64,000 bases of DNA from Candidatus Obscuribacterales bacterium (GTDB lineage: Bacteria > Cyanobacteriota > Vampirovibrionia > Obscuribacterales > Obscuribacteraceae). The DNA is taken from NCBI GenBank assembly GCA_965228855.1, contig CBDDIJ010000003.1:2784001-2848000 (forward strand). Reading direction: 5' to 3'. Below the pieces are notes generated by a model, which ran no database searches, was not told the origin of the DNA, and saw only the letters and a list, made by a program, of their open reading frames with translations. The translations under genes and the position numbers were made by a program. Positions 52,601 to 61,600 of the stretch are shown here, in pieces; the stretch's first letter is position 1; every line of letters begins with the position of its first letter.

Positions 52601-55600
52601 AAAGGTCTTATCAAGCTGGACCGCTATGGTCAGCCGAACATCAATCAGATAACCGAAGGCGATTCAAACTCGAGCGAGAAATGGGATCTGATCTACCTCA
52701 AGTATGGTCATAACCAGGAAAAGCAAGAGTGGAAGCCAATGCGCTGGAAGAGCAGCGCCAATGGGAAGGAGATGGATGCATTCTGGCGCTTGGATCAGCT
52801 CACAGGCGACATGAGTTGGTTCAATTCCAATATGAGCCACCAGCACTATTCATTGGCTGGCGGCTGGGACAAACTTCATGGAGGAGAGCACCTTCGAAAA
52901 GAAGCAGATGAAATCGCCAATGTTTTCGAGAAGTGGTGGATTTCAAACTACGCTTTCTCTTCTGCAAGTCGATATTCCGATTTAAAATCGCACCTGGAGC
53001 CGCTCACCGGCGACCAGATGCAGATGATGCAGTACTACCTGCATAATCACGAAGGAAAACCGGACCTACGGCAGAAAGTCGATGAGCTGTGGAGCGGTTG
53101 GGAACACGACACCTTAGAAGGTCATCTCGATAGGACTGCTCACACCAGAGATACGGATGAGGCTGAAAGAGCCGACGTCAGAATAAGATCGGCACTGGCT
53201 GAGATGAGCACATACTCTCAGAGGATTCAGACCAGCCAGACCAGAGCCCTCGAAAAAGAGGTTCGAGACTCTCTGGGCGCGTTGAACCAGACGCAGTTGG
53301 AGCTGCTGCAAATCGCCCACAACGGCGGAAACAAAGACGCCCCGACACTCTTGCAAGAGATCCAGGAGCACCCCAGATGGAAGAATGCTCCGGAGATTCA
53401 CCAGAAAGCTCTGAAACTCTATCTGGAGAAAGGCAAAGACGAGCGGACGCCCAAAGAAGAAGCCGAACTCATGGCACTGGCGCTGCAGTACACGGCACCA
53501 GGCGTCGGTCGCAACAGACATATGCAGTATGCTCCTGCCTCCCTCACACAGCGATTAGAGTATTTCAGAGAGTTTTCTGCGGCTGACAGATCCAGTGATG
53601 AAGCCAGAACCTACTTCAGAGAAGAGATGGGTGGAGCGGCACTACTGGAGCAAGCCTTCGTACGCGAATATCAGCGTACAGGAAATCCGGAAGACCCCAA
53701 CTCATACAATTACCAGAACGGATTCTTCAAGGTAGCAGACTGGGATCCAAATCGACTGATGACGATCGGGCGAGACTACATGCTCGACGGCAAGATGCGA
53801 GCAACCACCATTATAGAAGAAGGAAACTACCTCTTCGGAGCCTCGAGAGCGAGCATCGAAGACACCTTCGCGCAGATGACTCCGGACGATCGAGCACGTT
53901 TGAGACGCGGTCTCGAAATGCACATGATTATAAATGACAAGATCGAAGTTCCAGCGGCAGAAAAAGCCGCAGTACAAGCGCTTCTCGATCCATCGAACAC
54001 TTCGGCTGAGGCGAAGAAAGCCCGAGACGACTACGAATACTTCACAGACCTCAACACCAAAGCCCATGATTGGTCAACATTCGGACGAGATCGACGTCAG
54101 ACGGAATACGTCAGCCTGGCATCGGGAGCAGGATTCAGTCATGACATGGGCGAGGCCACAGTATCGACCATGTGGTGGAATGCTGACAAAGAAACCCACA
54201 TGAGTCAAGTCGAGAACATGGACAGAGAGAGTTTCGATCTGTTTATGTCAGATAGAGCGTTGAGAGCGCTCAACACTGACTTCATGAAAGAAAATTTCTC
54301 TGGATACACGCGTGGTGATGCAGCCCTGAAGCTATTCAATGACAAGCTAGCATACGCTGACAGCCTGGAGAAGATGTCGGTTGACGACCTGGCGAGACTC
54401 TTACCGGGAACACTGGAGCTATCGAAGCCAGAGCTCGATATTTTTATGCGAACGCGAGCACTCGATAGAACAATCGCAGAAGGTGCGACAATTCAGCGCT
54501 CCATCAATAAGGGAAGAGAGCTGGAAAGAGGCATCACAGATGGTGCTGAGATCGCACGCAAGATAGAAGCAGGCTCGCTATCGGAAGCAGGTCTTGGAGA
54601 CGCAGACAAAATCGCGCTCGATCTGTTCAAGGCACATAGAGATGGCAAACTGACCGATGCACAAAAGCAAGCACTAGAAGCACTCCATGTAGACAACGGA
54701 AGAACTCTGTCGCAGCGACTGGCCAAAGGTAAGGAAGTAGCTGACAGAGTGGAAACCGATCCATCTGGAGAAAGCGGACTTTCAGACGCAGATAGAACGT
54801 TGCTGCAACTATTTCGAAGCTCTGAAAAAGGAGAACTCGATGCTCAGAACAAATCCGATCTGGAACTCTTCCAGGCGAAGAAGAGCGATGCGAAAGAATC
54901 GGCACTAAAAGAATTCCGAGATCATCAACAAACACTCAAGCTCGTGGATGAACTTCACGAAGGAAGAGATCTCGCTCGCGACATCAATGAAGGACGACTG
55001 CTTGCCGAAGCAATCCAGAGTGGCAAGGCGGTTAGCGGTCGACTCGGTGGTCTATCCGGTCAGACCAGGACCGATGCAATTGCCGCCCTATCTGCAGCAG
55101 ATCGCGTCAGCCTCAGGACATTCGAGCGTTTCGAAGCAGGCAAGATGACCGAGAGCGAGCGAATGCAGATCGAGTTGCACAAGGCTCAGCAAAACGGCAG
55201 TCTGGGAGCACATAGACAGGGACTTCTCACGCAATTCGAGAGATGGCAGAGAACGACTGGAGAAAAGCTCGCTGCCGAATTCGATCAAGGCAAAGCAGTC
55301 AATGAGAGACTGCTCAAGCGAAACCCAGCCGATAGACACAAAGCGAGGACAGAGCTCTCTCCTGAAGATCGCCATGCCCTCGATACTTTCAACAGCTTGG
55401 AATCAGCCAGGAAACTTCAAGCCGATATCAACAGCGGTAGAGAGCTCTCGCTGAGTCTCGAAAGCGGTGCTTCCAGTGCTCAATTGACAGACCAGCAAAA
55501 GTATCAACTGGCGCTATTCGACCAATACAAAGCCGGCAATCTCTCTCAATCTCAGACCGAAGCACTCGGCAAAATTCAGAGTATAGATGCATTCCGAGAC

Positions 55601-58600
55601 GGATCGGAATTAGAGAAACTCGATGAAGGCAAGATGCAGCGCCTGCATAAACTCGAGTCGCTGACGATATACAGGGAAGACATAACCGGATTGAAATCTT
55701 TCCTCGATGGAAGGGAAGCGGCACTGGAGTTGCGAGCAGCAGGTACGGCCGACAGACGAGAAGCATTGTTGAAACAATGGGAAAGTACCGCCGATGGTGC
55801 CGACAAACTTCAGGCGTTGGAACAATACAGAAGCGCCGTCTACGATCTAACGCAAAACAATGTCAGAAGAAGCATATTCGACGTTCTCGAAGACAACACC
55901 GGAAATCGTGATGCTGTCTTTAACGCGATCGAAAATATGTCAGCTTCAGAGCGACATGCCTATGCCACCAATGCTGAGGTAAAGATAACGGTCAACGGAG
56001 AGATCAAGACCGTCAAATTCAAAGACTATCTCGATTCTAAAATCCACGAGGAGTTCACCAGAACGACTGGACGCAATCAATCCAAGAGTACGAACCAGGA
56101 TGCGGTCAAGGCTGCAAAACATCTGCTCGATCAGATTGAACACAATCCTGACCACAAGCCAGAGAAAGATATCGTATTCGAGCTATTCGAGCTGGAAGCC
56201 CGACCTGGAACCACAAGAAAGGACACGATCGAAGCACTGCACAAAGCTTTCAACGGTCCTCATGCCGCAGAACTTCGAGCCCGCCTGGATAACTCGCCAG
56301 GCAACAGCAGCTACGATCCGAAATTTGCGGCGGCCTTCGAAGCAGCCGTCAAGTCATCCTTCCCAATGCCACATACAACTACCGGCGGTCGAGGCAAGGA
56401 TAGCAAACCTAAGTGGAATGCTGAATCTTGGAATGCTCATGTTCAAGAGAAGTACATAGATCCGGTCATCAAGAATGGTCACGTCTCCCTTGAGACGCTA
56501 AGAGAGCTTCACTCCTCTAACGGAGCTGCAGAGGCAATTCTGCAGCTCAACAAAGAATCGCTCGCTCATTTGAAAGCCACTGAAGGAGACAAACTAGAGC
56601 AGTTCTTGAGTGGAGTCTTCAGCGACGACCAACTCACTCTAGTACAAAAAGTACTCGAGCAAGGCGAGGTCCGGGTCGAAGACAAGCTATTCGCGCTGCA
56701 GGCAGGTGTCCTACCCAGAGAGCAACTGAGAGATGTTCTTTCCGAGATCAAATCGCAGACCCAGAGAATGGAAGTCGCCGACGGCTACGCGGAAAAATAT
56801 GGTGGCACAGCCATGCAGGCCATGCTCGACTTCGCACCTCCGAAAGACCAGGGAGCAGTTAGAGCGGCACTCCACTACAGAACGTGGACGAACTTAGATC
56901 ATCAGACCAATATAAGAGACCACATCAACACGGTAAACAACTGGGACAACTGGACCTATGACGGTTCAGACGAGCTCCTCGTCAATTCTGGTATCCAGGC
57001 AGGGGAGAGAATCCAGCAGGCTAACACGGCATATGAAACGTTATCGGAGGCAGAGTTTGCCAGATTAGAAAGCAATGTGTGGAAGGCGGGCGACGCGCAC
57101 ATTCGTTCGCAAGAAGAATTCGCAGAGATGGCTACGGATGGTGCCATCATGGCAGCGGCAGCAGCATTGACTGTATTTTCGGGAGGAACTCTCGGACCTG
57201 TAATGATCGCTTCGTTCACGCTCATGGCTGCAGCGGCCAAGATGGGCGGCAAGGCCATGCTGATGGGAGACAATTACGACGCCACCATGCAGCAGATCCG
57301 TCGAGATCTTGCGATGGGCGCAATCAATGGTTTCACCGCAGTCGTAGGGCCGGGAGAGCTTCTAGCCATGACCCGAATTGGGGGCGCGGCGGCTCAAACG
57401 GCAGCCACCAAAGTTATGACTCATGCGATGTTCGAAGGCATGGAAGCGACGACCAAAGCAGCTATCCAGAAAGAGTTGGCACTGGCTGTGCGAAAAGGTG
57501 TTCAACAGGGAATTCTCTCCGGGGTAGCAGGTCAAGCAGACAACAAGATCATCGAACAGGCATTGAAGAACCTGGTCACCAAAAAGCTTCTCACACCAGA
57601 AATGGCTCTCAAAGCAAGAGGTCTGATACAGACGGAACTAACCAATGCCATCATCAGCAATGGCAAGAGCTTCCTCATGAGAGAAGCCCTGGCTGGAGGA
57701 GCAGCACTGGTCAGTGGAGAAGTCGGCACTGTAGCGATGACCACAACGGACCTGTACTTCCAGGGAAAGCTGACTTTCGAAGGCTTCATGGACGGCTCCA
57801 ACTTCACCGAAGAGAACATGAAGATGTTCCGAGATGCGAGCATTCGCGGCATCGGTGGCGCCCTGACCGGTCACATGGCCGGTCGTGCAAGTGCGCTGGG
57901 AATGGGCGCCGGCAGAATTCAGAAACTGATGGGAGACCAAGCAGCAGGGCTCTACTCTCTCACCAAGGCTGGTGGCATCATGATGACCACCATGACAGCA
58001 ACCAACATATTGACCGAAAATGCCATTGCATCGCTCGACGGAAAAGTCTATGACGGTCAGGGCATGATGACCCAGACACTGATGGCAGGATGGGCCCCAT
58101 TCTTCCAGCAGATGCACGGGATGAAAGAGATGTTCTTGCCGGGACGAGGTCCGTCCTTCGCGCTCGGGTTTGCCCCCCGACAGGCATTCGGTGCTGGCGA
58201 ATCCGTCACCGGAAAACCCACGCACAACCACGCTGCAATCGAATACACGCAACCGAGGCTGCAGGATGCTGACTTCACGGGTCGCGCCGCGGTCATCGAG
58301 GATGGCAACGGGACAATAAAAGGTGGTGGTCTGGTAGAGCTGAAAGGCAAGAACACCAACATTGAAATCAATGCACCAAAAGACGGTGACCCGCTGGTCG
58401 TTGTAGTTGCCGATCCCGAAGCCGCGCGCAATCTCAAGATCCATCCGGACAGTGGTCCGGTGAAGATTGTGGTCCCCGAGGGGTTTGCACTTCCTCCCCA
58501 ATTCGCAGCGGAAGTTTCCAGACGCATGGGAGACAACAGCGCTGAGTACTTCAAACTAGGCGGCGACGGCTCTTTGAACCGTGTAGAAGATCTCGCCCAA

Positions 58601-61600
58601 CCTCTTATAGAAGCGATGGCAGCAAGGAATCCGGAGCTACCGCAGCAATGGAGCGCCAATCGAGATCTGAGTGCAAGTGAAGCACGACAGCTGCGAGAAC
58701 AATATGCTGAGTCTCTAGGTCCGCTCCTGGAACCGAAAATTGCAGAGCAATTCGTGGACACGATGGCGAAGGCTTTGGAAAGCAACGACCCTGCCCTTCG
58801 AAAAGTCGTAGCAGACTTCCAGAAAGCCGACATGGATTATCTGTCGGCGCGAGACGGTTTACTCATCAAAGTAGTCGGAAATGAAGTCAGCACCGATACA
58901 GACTTCTCCGAAGCGGGGTTGATGCGCTTAGCAGCAGGCGATCCTGAGAAGGTTGCTGCAGTTCAGGAATTTGTCAAAGCGAGAGAAGCGAGGGCTGAGG
59001 CTTCTCGTCCGCTAAAAGAGACGATGGATGCGCGCATGGAAGTTGTTCAACAAGCCATCAACGACTTCGCTGCCGAGCACGGAATTCCACCTATCAAGCT
59101 GCAGCGTTATGGAGAGGTTCAGGTAGGCAGCGCAGCTTACAGAGACGGGGAAATAAAGATAAGGAACGAGCATTTACTCGATCCCGCCAAGCTCGTGGAG
59201 GCGACCTTCCACGAACTCACTCACGCGAAGCAAGACAGCGATATACTGCGCTTGATTGCCGATGATCTGGGACTAACCGGCAAGCAGCTCGATGCCGCAG
59301 CCATAGACACGGTGATGGGCGAGTATGCCAAGCGCACCGGGCACGATGGTCCGAGCCCACGACCACCAGCGGCTGACGGTTCGACCAGTCCATCGGATCC
59401 GAGGCAGGTATGGCGGAGCTTCGTCGAGAATGCACTCTCTGAACACAGATCTCCGCTCGATGCCACCACGCGCACAAGAGCGCAAAAAATGGTGGAAGGC
59501 TTCGCAGCCGTAGCCAGAGATCAATCTCGCACGGACGCTCAGATCAACGGTGACTTCAGTGTAGTCAACTCGAAGATGAATCAACTTGATCTTCCTAACG
59601 GAGGTCAAAGACTGCTTGCCGCCCTGAAGAATGCTGACCAGACGTTACTACGACACCTGTTTAACGACGGACAATTGCCTGCCGAAGTTCGGCAGCTTGC
59701 CCAACAGCTCCCTGATGCTACGCGCCTCAACGATCCCTCGCTCGAGCAGAAAGCACAGGAGCTATTGCGCCCGCTGCTGAAGAAGAGAGCTATCGAGCTG
59801 AACGCGGAGAAAGAGCGCAGCTACAACAATTACGTCAGTGCCGCCCACGAGACGGAAGCTCTTCTTGCCGACCAGCTGACAAGATCGCTATCCAGGGCTC
59901 GCTTTAAAGACCAGGGACCAATGCGACTGGGCATGGGTATCGATGCACCGGATGTGGTTGCACGAGATGGCGCTCCTGCGGGCAGGGACTTGGCGCAGGC
60001 AACTGACACTGTCGATTCAGCTCGTAAGAGCTCCGACACAAGGAAAACCGAGATTCTCGGAATACTCAAGGTCGACGACCAGAAACAAGCGATTGAACGC
60101 CTGTTCAAGACACTAGACGATAGGTTAGCGTCAGGAGAAGTGGATCCTTCTACCGCCATCGAGCTACATGACTTGATGTCCAGGGGAGCCAAAGCCGGAC
60201 GGATTATGACGCCCGAAACTCTGGATATGCTCTCGAGGCTCACCAAAGATCAGGCTGGAGAAATTCTCAATTATAGACCTGCCGATCTGATAGAAGTCCT
60301 GAACACTGGTGAGGTGAAACCCGACACCCTAGCTGCACAACTTGCTGATGTCGACACATTCACAAGTACGATGGCGGACGTGAAACGAAACCTGGACATG
60401 GTAACAGCGTCGAAAGCAGAGCGGAACTATAGCCAGGCCGAGCGCGTTAACCGAATCGCTGACGAGCGGCAGAGACAAACACTCTCAGAGCTGTTCCGTT
60501 CTACCGAAATTTCCGAAGCCTGTTTCGAGAAAGTCCTCGACAGACTCTCAGGCAAATCATCTGGTGACCCCAAGTTCGATGCTGCCCTATCACCGGAAAC
60601 AGTGGCACGACTCGCAAGTAGCAATAGCCAAACCGATCACCTCATGCTCAGACATGCGGCATCTCTCACAGATGCCATCTCTAGAGGAGAGCTGCATCGT
60701 CCCCTGGAGACAGTTTCGAGCTTCCTGGAGACGAGCCCCCAGGCGGCAACCTACACCGCGCTACTGGTCAATTCGCCGAATCTCTCCGATGCTCAGGTGA
60801 CTGGACTTTTAAGAGATTTGGCTCATGCAGGTTCGAAAGAGGCGGCGAATACTCTTGTCGTCAGCCACTATGAGCTGAACAACAAGAATCCGAAACTGCA
60901 CCAGAAACTCCTTCAGATAACGGATGCAGATCTGCGGAACAAGCTTACCAATGCAACTGCGTTCGGTCACTTGAGCGAAACCCTTCTGGCAAGAATTACA
61001 GAAGCCCAAGCCAAGAACCCAGAAGTGGGGGGTCTCATAGTAGATCTACTTGCTGATCAGTCGAGAGATACCAACCGAGTCGGCGTGATCGAAAAGATGC
61101 TGGATAGAGGCATCGACGCCACCACCATTCGAAAAGTGAGAGCCGGACTCGCAGAGGGCACGGTCAACCTGAAGAGTGTCGAGGCTATCATATCTGCCGA
61201 CGGAGCTGGCCAAGAACTAGCTATGAGCCTGCTGAGCTCAGGCAAGATAACCGATGGGGCGCTTATCTCAAGAATAGCGAGCGACCGAGACGCTGTTTCG
61301 ATAGCGAGGATTATCGAAGCCGGAAACATTACCGAAGAGCAGTTCAAGAGCCTTCTCAATCTCAAGGGCGATCATGATTTGAGCTTAAGAGCGCTGCTTC
61401 GGGCCGAGGCCGCGTCCCCCGGCACGATGAAGGCTGGCGAGCTGGATACGCTGCTTTCTGATCCTCAGAAAGCTTTCGAACGCTCTCTTCAAGTAGCTCC
61501 GCAGCATCAGAAGAAACCTGCAACCGTTGTCGAACTACAACGCAAGTATCAAGCTCTGAGCAATGAGCTGGCAACGCATCTGGATGCAGATACAAGAGAC

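Noticed and set aside
57079..58053. 324-aa + strand ORF and the other track ORFs between 43.7 and 64 kb
   Set aside because: They are out-of-frame or antisense shadows of the giant frame +2 ORF, with unnatural Arg/Ser/His-rich composition.
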